IMG/VR virus record: IMGVR_UViG_2698536506_000010
DNA from: a virus
Taxonomy: Duplodnaviria > Heunggongvirae > Uroviricota > Caudoviricetes
Strand: one strand, 5' to 3'
Length of the DNA: 43,693 nt
Below the pieces are notes generated by a model that did no database searches, was not told where the DNA came from, and worked only from the letters and a program-made list of their open reading frames with translations. Both the position numbers and the translations under genes were made by a program. Of the stretch, positions 1 through 7,936 are shown one piece after another (the stretch's first letter is position 1; every line of letters starts with the position of its first letter).

Positions 1-216
1 TTATTGGTTATCCGCTTTAGAAGCATTGACCTGATCTTCCCATGATGCGATCTCAGATTCCCGCCAGCGCTTAGGGTTGCCGGGAATCGTTGGTTTAGGG
101 AAGGGGCAGGTGAAGCTCGAAGGCATGCGCGCCGGTGTACTCCAAAAGTACAGCGTACTCCGGGAAATTTTGTATCGAGCCAGGATGTCACTGGTAAACA
201 AGATGCCGTCATTCAT
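1..216 (-). CDS. xis: Excisionase / AlpA-family HTH DNA-binding protein (71 aa)
   Basis: Motif ...SRSTLYFW...FPKP...G...RWRESEIASWED typical of AlpA/Xis HTH proteins; GGAG RBS upstream of ATG at 216; sits at the left edge of the prophage where int-xis is expected. Confidence 0.6.
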   Translation of the reverse strand: MNDGILFTSDILARYKISRSTLYFWSTPARMPSSFTCPFPKPTIPGNPKRWRESEIASWEDQVNASKADNQ

Positions 217-325
217 TATTCTTTACTCCAGGCAAAAAAATGCCCTCGCAATGGAGGGCAAATGGGGGATAACGTGGCAGTGCATTCGCACCCAATAGCC
301 AGCTCATAACTGGCTATCAGTTACG

Positions 326-550
326 TCATGATGTTGGTGGTTTCGGTAGAGGTATCCAGTGCGTTACATTAATCGGATACCATTCGATGCCGTAGTTTTG
401 CTCATACACCTGAGCGTACCAGCCGTCGCCTTTGGGATGGCATTCGCAGTACTGACCAATATGCAATTCAACGCCAAATTCTGGGCGTGGCCAGATATAG
501 ACAAAGTCATCGTCCTCCGGTAATCGCTCACTACAAGGCACCCATTCCAT
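326..550 (-). CDS. DUF551-like phage protein (74 aa)
   Basis: Trp/Pro-rich small protein (EWVPCSERLPEDDD...WYPINVTHWIPLP) resembling DUF551 phage proteins; GAGGAG RBS before ATG at 550. Confidence 0.55.
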   Translation of the reverse strand: MEWVPCSERLPEDDDFVYIWPRPEFGVELHIGQYCECHPKGDGWYAQVYEQNYGIEWYPINVTHWIPLPKPPTS

Positions 551-559
551 AATATCTCC

Positions 560-799
560 TCATGCCGCCCGCATAGCGCGGAGGCGTTTTAAGTGTTCTG
601 CTGTTTCGATTTCTTCGGCGATCCGCTCAGCCTGTGCTTTGGTAAGCGGCTCGAATTCATGCTGAAAGCGGCCCATGCTGGCGATACAGGTGCGACCGTT
701 TCTGATGTAGTGGATGACTTCGTTGGTAGCGCGGAGGATTTTGCAGGGCGCCCCGTGGGGATCTGCGTACCAGGTATTAGGCTGGATTATCCTGAACAT
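560..799 (-). CDS. Hypothetical phage protein (79 aa; start taken at internal ATG)
   Basis: Track ORF 560..865 starts with an alternative codon; internal ATG at 799 has an AGGA RBS and reduces the overlap with the upstream gene. Confidence 0.4.
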   Translation of the reverse strand: MFRIIQPNTWYADPHGAPCKILRATNEVIHYIRNGRTCIASMGRFQHEFEPLTKAQAERIAEEIETAEHLKRLRAMRAA

Positions 800-1124
800 T
801 GGCTGATTCCTGCAAAAGGAGGTAGACGATTGCCACGGCGCGAAGTGGGTTACGATGGATAACACTAATTCCAGATTCGTGGGATGCCTGCCATACCGTC
901 TTACCTGATGGGGAAAGTCCGATCCGGTGTTTCTTCATTACCGGGAAAAGCTCTTCAGCACGACGCAGCGGGAAATAACCGGTGTTCTGTACTGTGTTGA
1001 ACCAGTTCCATGACAGATTGGCGCCGGTAGTTTCATGCGGGTGAATGGTGGCGCTGTATTTTGGCTTGAGGAAATAGGCCAGCCTGACGCTAATCTCCCC
1101 ATCACTCAATTTGCTGTAATCCAT
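777..1124 (-). CDS. Hypothetical phage protein (115 aa)
   Basis: ORF in the early-left operon; ATG at 1124 overlaps the stop of the TraR-like gene (translational coupling). Confidence 0.45.
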   Translation of the reverse strand: MDYSKLSDGEISVRLAYFLKPKYSATIHPHETTGANLSWNWFNTVQNTGYFPLRRAEELFPVMKKHRIGLSPSGKTVWQASHESGISVIHRNPLRAVAIVYLLLQESANVQDNPA

Positions 1125-1345
1125 CACATCCTCCCAATCTTCTTACGCAACTCCATATTGCTCTGGCACTCCACACACATCGTGCATCCCGGATACGCTT
1201 TCCTGCGCTCATTGCTTAGCTGATCACCGCATTCCTCACAGTGCGTTGCTGATACTGCTGAGTGGTTGAGTCTGTGAGCCTGAATAGCATGGTCGCGCAT
1301 CATCTCTTCGAGAGCGCTGGCCTGGTCGATGATTTCTGATGTCAT
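1124..1345 (-). CDS. TraR/DksA-family C4 zinc-finger protein (73 aa)
   Basis: C-terminal CEECGDQ...CTMCVECQ four-cysteine motif typical of phage TraR/DksA zinc fingers; ATGA overlap with the upstream ORF. Confidence 0.6.
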   Translation of the reverse strand: MTSEIIDQASALEEMMRDHAIQAHRLNHSAVSATHCEECGDQLSNERRKAYPGCTMCVECQSNMELRKKIGRM

Positions 1346-1524
1346 TTGCGACTTCTCCTGCGTTTTTTGGCTGCTCGGCGTGCTGCTGCAATACCCGTCT
1401 TCCCGCCACCAACTGGATAACTGGCATCCATACGTAAAGCAGGAGATATTTCAGAGAAACTCCACGATTTTATTGACGCCATTGACGCGCCGATAAGAGC
1501 TATTGTGTTTGTTAAATGCTTCAT
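1342..1524 (-). CDS. Hypothetical small protein with basic C-terminus (60 aa)
   Basis: GGAG RBS before ATG at 1524; stop overlaps the TraR-like start. Confidence 0.4.
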   Translation of the reverse strand: MKHLTNTIALIGASMASIKSWSFSEISPALRMDASYPVGGGKTGIAAARRAAKKRRRSRK

Positions 1525-1625
1525 CAGTGCTCCATGAACTGTCGGTTAATTCGGTTGAAGGTGAACGCGAGAAAATAAAAAGGCCGACATAGCGACCTTG
1601 TGATTCGTTTGGTTAGCGTCATCCG

Positions 1626-2378
1626 TCATACCTCAAATGCTAACTGAGGGGTAAATCTGTCCCGTTCTGCATCGTAGTCAAGGGAACTGGCGCTGTTATA
1701 GGACTCTATCCTTTCCACGAGTACCGCGGCGCGTGTCTCTTTACTGGCCGGAGCGTATGCTGATTTATCCCATGCTTTGTCGATACCGATGTTTCTGGCG
1801 ACGTTCGTGCTGTCAGCTGAAGATAGCGGGATGTGGCGGAATATGTCGGCGTTCAACATGCGCAGGCCGTGAAGCTTTGTTATCGGATAACCGTTTATGT
1901 CGACAACGTGACGGATGAGATCGCGTAACTTTGCCCGACATGAGCGCGGGCGCTTCGCGTCGTATTCACCCATGCTACCGATGCATACGCGCGGAAATTC
2001 CCGACACAGGCGGAAGAAACGTTCATCGGGCTCGTTCATGTGCCACACCGGCGCGCCGACTACTTTGCCGTGCGGCCACTCCGCGATTAACGCGTCGTTC
2101 TCTTCACTGGTCCCGCCAATAACGTCAGGGATAACAGCAAAAGCAAAGCGAGGGTGATTCATCCAGCGGCCTACAAACGCGTAGTAGTCGTTCCAGTTAA
2201 CAACACGCTTTTTCGTCCAGAAACTGAATGCGCCGTTATCCAGCGCGAAAGACTGGGTGACTTCGCTGGCAAGGGCTAATTGACCGGGGTTAGCGAACGA
2301 GATGAAAGCGTGCCTGCCTTTCCATGCCTTCAGGGCGCATGTGTCCGGCGTAATTGGGCCGCCGTGAAAATGAATCAT
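1626..2378 (-). CDS. tRNA-guanine transglycosylase-like (DpdA-like) protein, candidate 7-deazaguanine DNA-modification enzyme (250 aa)
   Basis: Contains ALDNGAFSFW (compare TGT catalytic motif LTDSGGFQ) and SSADSTNVARNIG (compare TGT FDCVxPTRxARNG); strong AGGAGG RBS; located in the recombination operon. Assignment by recalled motifs only. Confidence 0.5.
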   Translation of the reverse strand: MIHFHGGPITPDTCALKAWKGRHAFISFANPGQLALASEVTQSFALDNGAFSFWTKKRVVNWNDYYAFVGRWMNHPRFAFAVIPDVIGGTSEENDALIAEWPHGKVVGAPVWHMNEPDERFFRLCREFPRVCIGSMGEYDAKRPRSCRAKLRDLIRHVVDINGYPITKLHGLRMLNADIFRHIPLSSADSTNVARNIGIDKAWDKSAYAPASKETRAAVLVERIESYNSASSLDYDAERDRFTPQLAFEV

Positions 2379-2523
2379 GCCGCCTCCTGCCTTTCCCGAT
2401 ATTCCTCAGCGAGCCGCTGCGCCTTTAAGGGATTGCTGACCACTTCACCCCATGGCATTAGCCAGCCGTTACCAATGAAGGGGAGGCACACAGTGCCAAC
2501 CCTGATGTCGTCGTGAGCGTGAG

Positions 2524-2952
2524 TCATAGGATGGACTCCATTTCGTCGATGTAGAGGCCCTGAGCAATCAGGCGGCGACGGCGGGCGGCACGTTCAATGC
2601 ACTCCTGCCGTCTTCCTTCCTGCGATTGCTGAATGGCGCGCCGGGTGAACAGGCGCGATTTTCCTTGCGGCGTTACAACCTTTGGCTTGCTGGCCAGGCT
2701 AAATGCCCGGTCGCAGATGCCGTCTTCGTTGATCCATTTTTCCGACTCAACAATCTGCGCTATCTGTCCGGTACCGCGGGTGATGCCGTTGGCTACCCGG
2801 TTAAACTCAATCAGCGTTACGCCAAACTTCTCAGCGATTTCGCTGCCGGTGACCGGGCGGCCGCGCGTCTGAATCATCCAGATAACGCGCTCACGTAGGC
2901 CTGAGAATTGCCCAGTTCGCCCGGGCCTGCGGTAGAAGGGGGTGCGTTTCAT
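2524..2952 (-). CDS. Hypothetical protein, possible HTH DNA-binding (142 aa)
   Basis: ATG at 2952 overlaps the exo stop (ATGA); segment [21 protein letters not shown] resembles a helix-turn-helix. Confidence 0.45.
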   Translation of the reverse strand: MKRTPFYRRPGRTGQFSGLRERVIWMIQTRGRPVTGSEIAEKFGVTLIEFNRVANGITRGTGQIAQIVESEKWINEDGICDRAFSLASKPKVVTPQGKSRLFTRRAIQQSQEGRRQECIERAARRRRLIAQGLYIDEMESIL

Positions 2953-3629
2953 TTCCACTGTTCCCCGAACGTGAATCCGATCTCCGCCAGCGCCTCGTCC
3001 ATCTTCTCGATGAACTCCGGCACCATTTCGTTGAAGAGGGACATGTACTGCGGATCCCGCTCAATGACGACGTGGTGAATGCCTTCGCGCTTCATGCGCG
3101 GGTCGTAGTTGGCAAAGAACCAGGCGTCTTTTCCGGTTACCCACATGCTGTACTGCACCTGGGCCATGTACGCAGACTTGATGGCTTCGAAACCGCCAAG
3201 GCGGAATTTCATGAAGTCACGGGAGGTGAACGGGCATTTCAATTCGAGGCCGAAATCGTTACTGCACAGGCCGTCAGGGGAGCACGCGGTGCGCATGCTC
3301 TCGTCACGGAACAGGATCGGAGACTCCGTGACTTTCACGTCTGTGGTGAACTCGAAGAGGGTACGGGCGTCTTCCTCGTACTGCTTGCCCCAGGCCAGCG
3401 CCTTGGCGTTAACCTCTGGCGCGACGCCGGTGCATACCTCGGCGAGCAGCGTGTGGAAGTAGGACATTTTCATGTCTGTCCACTTCTTCCCAGATCGTGG
3501 CTTGGCGATGACGTTGTGCACTTCAGAGGCTGTGATAACGCCGAGGCGCAGCCGGTGCCACGCCTCATCGCCCTGTTGAATAGTGGTTACGTCAATGCCG
3601 GTGCGGGCAAGGATAATTTCTGGTGTCAT
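2949..3629 (-). CDS. exo: Lambda-type exonuclease (Red-alpha / YqaJ family)
   Basis: Near-identical over long stretches to lambda Exo ([61 protein letters not shown]); start placed at MTPEIIL to match the lambda Exo N-terminus. Confidence 0.9.
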   Translation of the reverse strand: MTPEIILARTGIDVTTIQQGDEAWHRLRLGVITASEVHNVIAKPRSGKKWTDMKMSYFHTLLAEVCTGVAPEVNAKALAWGKQYEEDARTLFEFTTDVKVTESPILFRDESMRTACSPDGLCSNDFGLELKCPFTSRDFMKFRLGGFEAIKSAYMAQVQYSMWVTGKDAWFFANYDPRMKREGIHHVVIERDPQYMSLFNEMVPEFIEKMDEALAEIGFTFGEQWK

Positions 3630-3630
3630 G

Positions 3631-3918
3631 TCAGCAGTCCTTATGGTCATCCCACGGTCCGAATCCACCCACGTAAACGAAACCTCTCGATGGATCGCTC
3701 ACATGTGTTTCGCGCTGTAGTCGCTCAATTGAATTTCTGTCAATTGCCGCCTGGCGCATCTCAAGTGACTGATGACCTCTGCGACGACCATATTGCTTCC
3801 AATAGGCAGCGCAGGACTTACTGCAAAACTGTGCCCATCCTCTTTTTCGATCAGCAACGCGGGCCATGAATTTGTCCGGGCAACACTTGCAGGTCACTTC
3901 AATGGTTTTCCCAGTCAT
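3631..3918 (-). CDS. Small cysteine-rich (zinc-finger-like) protein between bet and exo (95 aa)
   Basis: CKCCPDK...CSKSC cysteine cluster; ATG at 3918 overlaps the bet stop and the ORF ends 1 nt before the exo start. Confidence 0.5.
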   Translation of the reverse strand: MTGKTIEVTCKCCPDKFMARVADRKRGWAQFCSKSCAAYWKQYGRRRGHQSLEMRQAAIDRNSIERLQRETHVSDPSRGFVYVGGFGPWDDHKDC

Positions 3919-4760
3919 GCTGCCGCCTTAGCTTTTTTCTGAAGGAAGTTGAAACCTTTCTGTGCCTCTTCTTCAGTGAGGTCTGACGCCTCAAGAATTG
4001 GCCGTTTGAAGATGTCGCTGCACACTGGGAGGAAGTCTTGCTCCCAGTCTTTATTCAGCGATGTTAAGAGATCGGTTATCGCCTGAAGCGTTTCTTCACT
4101 TGCAGCTGGTGGAAGCGTTTCTGTGGTGTTGCGCGGCGCGACGTCTCTGATATCTACGTCCAGTGATTTGCCTTCCATTTCTTCGGCGGTAGGCTGCTGT
4201 CCAATCTCAGGCCATGCCTTACGCAACGCCTGGGCTTCCGCGCATTTCGCCAGCTGTCCGTATGGGCGCTTTTTCCACATCGCGTTCGGCGCCGTGGTGT
4301 CGCGGCCGCCGGTGGCATAGTTCTCAATCCAGTATTCTTTGGCGCTGAACTCGACGATCTCTCCACTGGGCATGCGCTTGTAGACGGTGTATTTGCACCA
4401 CTGAGGGAAAGTCACTTCGACACCAGTAAGCGTCTGAGTAACGTCAGGGCCGAACTCTGGTTCGCGGGCGCCGGCATAATCGCCGGAACGATCTGCCTGA
4501 ATACGGTAAAGCCCGATTCCCGGCATGACCACGTCGCGCCAGTCGCCTTTACCTGTTTTCGAGTCTTTGACGTACATCGGAACAAGGTGGACAGGTTTGA
4601 GCAACGGGTCGAGCTGGCGGGCGCGGCAGTAATCAAGCGCCATCATTACCGATTCGTCTTTGGCGCCAGGGTAGATGCTGTTCTTCAGTGCACTCCAGGT
4701 GGAGACGTCGACGCCTATCTCCTGAAGCGACTTCGCTGTGATTGTTAATTCGTTTGCCAT
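3915..4760 (-). CDS. bet: Bet/RecT-family single-strand annealing recombinase (Red-beta-like C-terminus)
   Basis: C-terminal region (LQAITDLLTSLNKDWEQDFLPVCSDIFKRPILEASDLTEEEAQKGFNFLQKKA) closely matches lambda Bet; gam-bet-exo order; start at ATG 4760 with GAGGGG RBS (track start at 4775 is TTG). Confidence 0.8.
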   Translation of the reverse strand: MANELTITAKSLQEIGVDVSTWSALKNSIYPGAKDESVMMALDYCRARQLDPLLKPVHLVPMYVKDSKTGKGDWRDVVMPGIGLYRIQADRSGDYAGAREPEFGPDVTQTLTGVEVTFPQWCKYTVYKRMPSGEIVEFSAKEYWIENYATGGRDTTAPNAMWKKRPYGQLAKCAEAQALRKAWPEIGQQPTAEEMEGKSLDVDIRDVAPRNTTETLPPAASEETLQAITDLLTSLNKDWEQDFLPVCSDIFKRPILEASDLTEEEAQKGFNFLQKKAKAAA

Positions 4761-4778
4761 CGTTAATCCCCTCAAAAA

Positions 4779-5063
4779 TTAAAACGGGCAGCCGGTACGG
4801 TGTTCCCAGTCGTATTCTGCCTGGGCGTAAGCAACTGCCGAAATGAAATCGTTGTAGGCCTCGCCAGCTTTATCGCTGCGAAGTCCTTCGTATGGGCTGG
4901 AGTCAATCGGAACCGTGAAGTGGAAGAGGCCGGACGGCTCTTTTGGCATCATGTCGATGATTTTCTGCGCCCGGTCGTCGATCCACTTCTCTTTCTCGTC
5001 GGTGAGCTGCTGCTCAACCCAGCGCCGATCTTCGATGCGGTCGTAAGTGAGGTATGCGTTCAT
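4779..5063 (-). CDS. Gam-like protein (putative RecBCD inhibitor) (94 aa)
   Basis: N-terminus MNAYLTYDRIEDRRW resembles lambda GamS MNAYYIQDRLEAQSW; sits immediately upstream of bet as in lambda. Confidence 0.45.
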   Translation of the reverse strand: MNAYLTYDRIEDRRWVEQQLTDEKEKWIDDRAQKIIDMMPKEPSGLFHFTVPIDSSPYEGLRSDKAGEAYNDFISAVAYAQAEYDWEHRTGCPF

Positions 5064-5070
5064 GGTTGCC

Positions 5071-6042
5071 TCAGTAATGAATTTTCGCGCAGGGGATCAG
5101 GTCATCTTTCAGAGCGGTAAGCACTTCGATAGCCTGCTCGCGGGTTAAGCTGGTTTGGCTGGTGAGCGCGTTAACGATGTTGGTGCCGACCGTTTTGCGG
5201 TGCTTCACATCGGCTTCACGTTTTGCCTGCTCATCGGCGATTCGCTTCTCTTCTGCCAGGCGTTTCTCTTCTGCCTGTTTTGCTTTGAGGCGCTCAGCTT
5301 CCACTGCCGCAGCTTTTTCTCTTTCCGCCCGGGCTTCTGCTTCCTGCTTCTCGCGTGCCGCACGCTGTTCCGCTTCAATGCGCTGGCGTTCCGCCAGTTC
5401 AGCGCGGGCTTTCTCTTCTGCTTCACGGCGCGCTGCGGCTTCAATCTCCGCTTTGTGCTTCGCTTCTGCATCTCGGCGGGCTTGCTCTGCCGCCTCCTGC
5501 TTCAGCCGCTCGTCACGCTCGCGTTGAGCCTGTTCCGCCAGGCGGCGCTGCTCTTCGCGTTCACGGTCAAACTTGTCATTCATCAGCAGAGCCATTTCGT
5601 GGTCTGCTTCGAACTGAATAGCCCGCTGTAGATCGATGCTCTCGTTCATGACCAGCGCTTCGGCGTGTAGCGCGTTCATGGCTTCTTCAGCCTTGATGCG
5701 TTCCTGCTCGGCTTCCCATTCGGTTAGAGGGCGGCGGGTGGCATCTCGCAACTCGTCGCAGGCATCAACGAATCGCTTAATTTCGGCCTCAGCCGGACGC
5801 ACAGCCTCTTTCAGTCGCTTCAGGTACTCACGGCCAGGCTTTTCGATTGCCGTCTTACTGCGGGACACCTGCGCCGCCAGAGAGGCGACACGATCACGGC
5901 CTTTCTTCGTGGACAGGTCCGGCACTTCGCTTACTGCCTGGCGGATTTGCTCGAGATAAGCATCAAGGCCGCCAGCTACGTAAAGCACTGGCGCCTGTTC
6001 CGACTTTATTTCGATGACAGTTAAGTCCGTTACTTCGCTCAT
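5071..6042 (-). CDS. Phage coiled-coil protein (DUF1351-like N-terminus, Ala/Glu/Arg/Lys-rich repeats) (324 aa)
   Basis: Start at ATG 6042 with AGGAGA RBS; long AEQARRDAEAKHKAEIEAAARREAEEKARAELAERQ-type low-complexity coiled coil. Confidence 0.6.
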   Translation of the reverse strand: MSEVTDLTVIEIKSEQAPVLYVAGGLDAYLEQIRQAVSEVPDLSTKKGRDRVASLAAQVSRSKTAIEKPGREYLKRLKEAVRPAEAEIKRFVDACDELRDATRRPLTEWEAEQERIKAEEAMNALHAEALVMNESIDLQRAIQFEADHEMALLMNDKFDREREEQRRLAEQAQRERDERLKQEAAEQARRDAEAKHKAEIEAAARREAEEKARAELAERQRIEAEQRAAREKQEAEARAEREKAAAVEAERLKAKQAEEKRLAEEKRIADEQAKREADVKHRKTVGTNIVNALTSQTSLTREQAIEVLTALKDDLIPCAKIHY

Positions 6043-6118
6043 GGTTTCTCCTGAAATTTGGATGTGCAGATCCCGCCCGCATTGAGCCAGGCCGATCGGT
6101 TGAATAGGGTGGTTGGTA

Positions 6119-6325
6119 TCAGTGAACCATCGGCTCGCCGCGCTCATTCAGCAGCACAACGACGGAATCACTTTTGATGATGGTTTTTTCGAAGATGTTG
6201 AAGGCGTACAGGCCTTTCTCAACGTTCGCAGAGGCGCGATAAGTTTTGCCGTGGTGTTGCAGCATTGTGCCAGGTAAAACCTCGCTACGTGGCACTGATG
6301 CGGTGCCGTAGTGCATTCCAATCAT
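6119..6325 (-). CDS. Hypothetical small protein (68 aa)
   Basis: GAGGTGAAGG RBS before ATG at 6325; start overlaps the stop of the unlisted upstream ORF. Confidence 0.4.
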   Translation of the reverse strand: MIGMHYGTASVPRSEVLPGTMLQHHGKTYRASANVEKGLYAFNIFEKTIIKSDSVVVLLNERGEPMVH

Positions 6326-6480
6326 ACCTTCACCTCTACCTGTACCAGGAGGCCAGCCATATGCATCTGCCAGCGGTTAAGCGTCAGCTTTTCACGCGGT
6401 GCCGATACGGACGTCAGCTGCCACTCGTTATCGTTGAGCTTTTTGGCGGTGTACTTCTTTCCGTTATGGGTGACTGTCAT
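6322..6480 (-). CDS. Hypothetical small protein (52 aa), not in the ORF track
   Basis: Read from sequence: MTVTHNGKKYTAKKLNDNEWQLTSVSAPREKLTLNRWQMHMAGLLVQVEVKV; both ends overlap neighbouring genes in ATGA fashion. Confidence 0.3.
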   Translation of the reverse strand: MTVTHNGKKYTAKKLNDNEWQLTSVSAPREKLTLNRWQMHMAGLLVQVEVKV

Positions 6481-6725
6481 GATGCCTCCCGCTTTTCTTT
6501 GATGTCGGCGCGGAGGTGAATCTCTTTCCCATCAGCTGTCGGGAATATCAGGATGTCATCGCGAACCGCGAGAAGATGGGCCACTGCAAATAGCGCCTCG
6601 TCTGTGACATCAAATTTCTCACCGGTGAACTCGCGAACACCGGGCGCCAATTTGCTCGGCTTTGAACGACCCGCGAAAATTCGCTTCGTCAGGCCTGTAA
6701 AACCTACTGTGATTGGGTTGCTCAT
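6477..6725 (-). CDS. Hypothetical protein (82 aa)
   Basis: AGAGGA RBS before ATG at 6725; first gene downstream of the putative tL1-like terminator. Confidence 0.45.
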   Translation of the reverse strand: MSNPITVGFTGLTKRIFAGRSKPSKLAPGVREFTGEKFDVTDEALFAVAHLLAVRDDILIFPTADGKEIHLRADIKEKREAS

Positions 6726-6844
6726 AAATCCTCTTGGCCTTATCGCGGCGAACGGAACGGTTAATACAAGACTTCTGCGCTAATGGGCGGTGGATGGCCG
6801 CCGGTTGTCATAACTAAGCCGCCTCGGTGAAGCGACTGAGGTAT

Positions 6845-6869
6845 GAAAAAAGCCGCTGGTTAGGCGGCT
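6845..6869 (-). terminator. Rho-independent terminator (tL1-like) on the minus strand
   Basis: Stem AGCCGC/GCGGCT with a 7-nt loop, followed on the minus strand by a U-run (plus-strand AAAAAA at 6845-6850). Confidence 0.45.
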
Positions 6870-7239
6870 ATTGATTGAAATTAAATGAGCGGGGAGATAT
6901 TTGGCTTGCAGCCCTGCAAAATGTGCTATCAAGGAATTGATACTTATGTCGCCACACTCTGCCGCGCTGATCACCATGCTTTGCACAATCAGGTCGGCGC
7001 ATCATGGTGAAATGAACCACTGTTTCGCTTGTAGCTTTAGGTTTACGCATGCTCTTACCCTCTGTCGTTACCCGCTGATGCGGGAGAAATGCTTTGTGGT
7101 GCAGCGCCGGGTGCTTATCTTCCGGTTGCCGTCGATGCAGCTGCAATTCACTGCACTACAAAACATTCCAGTTATTGCCGGGGTATTTATCCGCGCCCGG
7201 CGCGCGCTTTCCCGCTATTCCCCAACAGCAAGAAATCGC

Positions 7240-7581
7240 TTACTCTTTAAGCTCCCCAACAGTAGAAAGGATATGTTCATGCAAACCATGCGGACCGTGT
7301 GCCCTGACTGCGGAAGTGAGATGTTCAACCAGCCCGATGATTTTGACTTTGAGACAAATTTCACCGGCGTCAGTTGTGCTGACTGTGGTCGCGAAATCAC
7401 TAAGGACGATGTTGTCAATCAGGCCACGGACACGGTCAAAAAACAGATCGACGACATGCTCAGGAATTCCCTGAAAGGAGCTGGCTGGAAGTTCAAGTAA
7501 CTTTAAAAGCTCCCCGGTCTGGGTAAGCACTTCGCTGGCGTCTACATTGAGCAGTAGTGGCGCCATTTTTTTATCTGACAT
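7240..7581 (-). CDS. Hypothetical protein in the N-antiterminator position (113 aa); mutually exclusive with 7273..7500 plus
   Basis: First ORF downstream of the OL/pL region, GAGGGG RBS, followed by the 6845..6869 terminator; but no Arg-rich N-terminus like lambda N. Confidence 0.3.
   Translation of the reverse strand: MSDKKMAPLLLNVDASEVLTQTGELLKLLELPASSFQGIPEHVVDLFFDRVRGLIDNIVLSDFATTVSTTDAGEICLKVKIIGLVEHLTSAVRAHGPHGLHEHILSTVGELKE
7273..7500 (+). CDS. Alternative call: small zinc-ribbon protein (75 aa) antisense to the N-position ORF
   Basis: Two CxxC pairs (CPDCG...CADCG), AGGA RBS, protein-like sequence; same codon register as the minus-strand ORF, so composition cannot decide between them. 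Confidence 0.3.
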   Translation: MFMQTMRTVCPDCGSEMFNQPDDFDFETNFTGVSCADCGREITKDDVVNQATDTVKKQIDDMLRNSLKGAGWKFK

Positions 7582-7777
7582 ATACACCCCTCTGATTGTT
7601 TACCGTCAGCCCCTCGCAAAGAGCTGCTGGTAAATCGTTTAGCCATAATTGCCGCTCTTCCTGAGCCCGCCTATGGTCCGACGCATGGTTTACTGTCGCG
7701 CCGTTCGACTGACCGAATCTCCACTTCGCCGCTGGCTAACTTCGCTCAGCTGTCGATGTTTCGTTTCGATGGGGTAA

Positions 7778-7854
7778 ATTTAGCGTGATGCTAAATTATG
7801 CGCAATAGCAAAATGCTAAATTGTTGAATGGTTTTATTTAGCGTATTGATTAAT
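7778..7854. promoter_or_regulatory. OL operator cluster (three 19-bp palindromes) with leftward pL
   Basis: ATTTAGCgtgatGCTAAAT (7778-7796), cAATAGCaaaatGCTAAAT (about 7803-7821), ATTTAGCgtattGATTAAT (7836-7854); the same half-site recurs in OR. Confidence 0.6.
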
Positions 7855-7892
7855 AAGCGATTAAAAATTTACAGCGAAGGAATTCGGGACGT

Positions 7893-7916
7893 AAAAAAGC
7901 CCGCGCGATGGCGGGC
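7893..7916 (-). terminator. Rho-independent terminator downstream of the repressor gene
   Basis: GCCCGC-gcgatg-GCGGGC hairpin with flanking A/T runs, 20 nt after the cI stop. Confidence 0.5.
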
Positions 7917-7936
7917 TTGAGGGGTTTTGCGTGAGG

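Noticed and set aside
1-216. Integrase gene and attL within the window
   Set aside because: Only the excisionase-like gene is present at the left edge; the integrase and attachment site must lie outside the window, so the integration site and att repeats cannot be identified here.
5200-5600. Possible CRISPR-like or tandem repeat array
   Set aside because: The repetitiveness is degenerate and in-frame within a coding coiled coil (Ala/Glu/Arg/Lys); there are no regular repeat-spacer units.
6901-7272. N-terminal two-thirds of the 199-aa plus-strand ORF 6901..7500
   Set aside because: Only the C-terminal 75 aa (from ATG 7273 with RBS) look protein-like; the upstream part spans a terminator and intergenic sequence and has an implausible Cys/Arg-rich translation.
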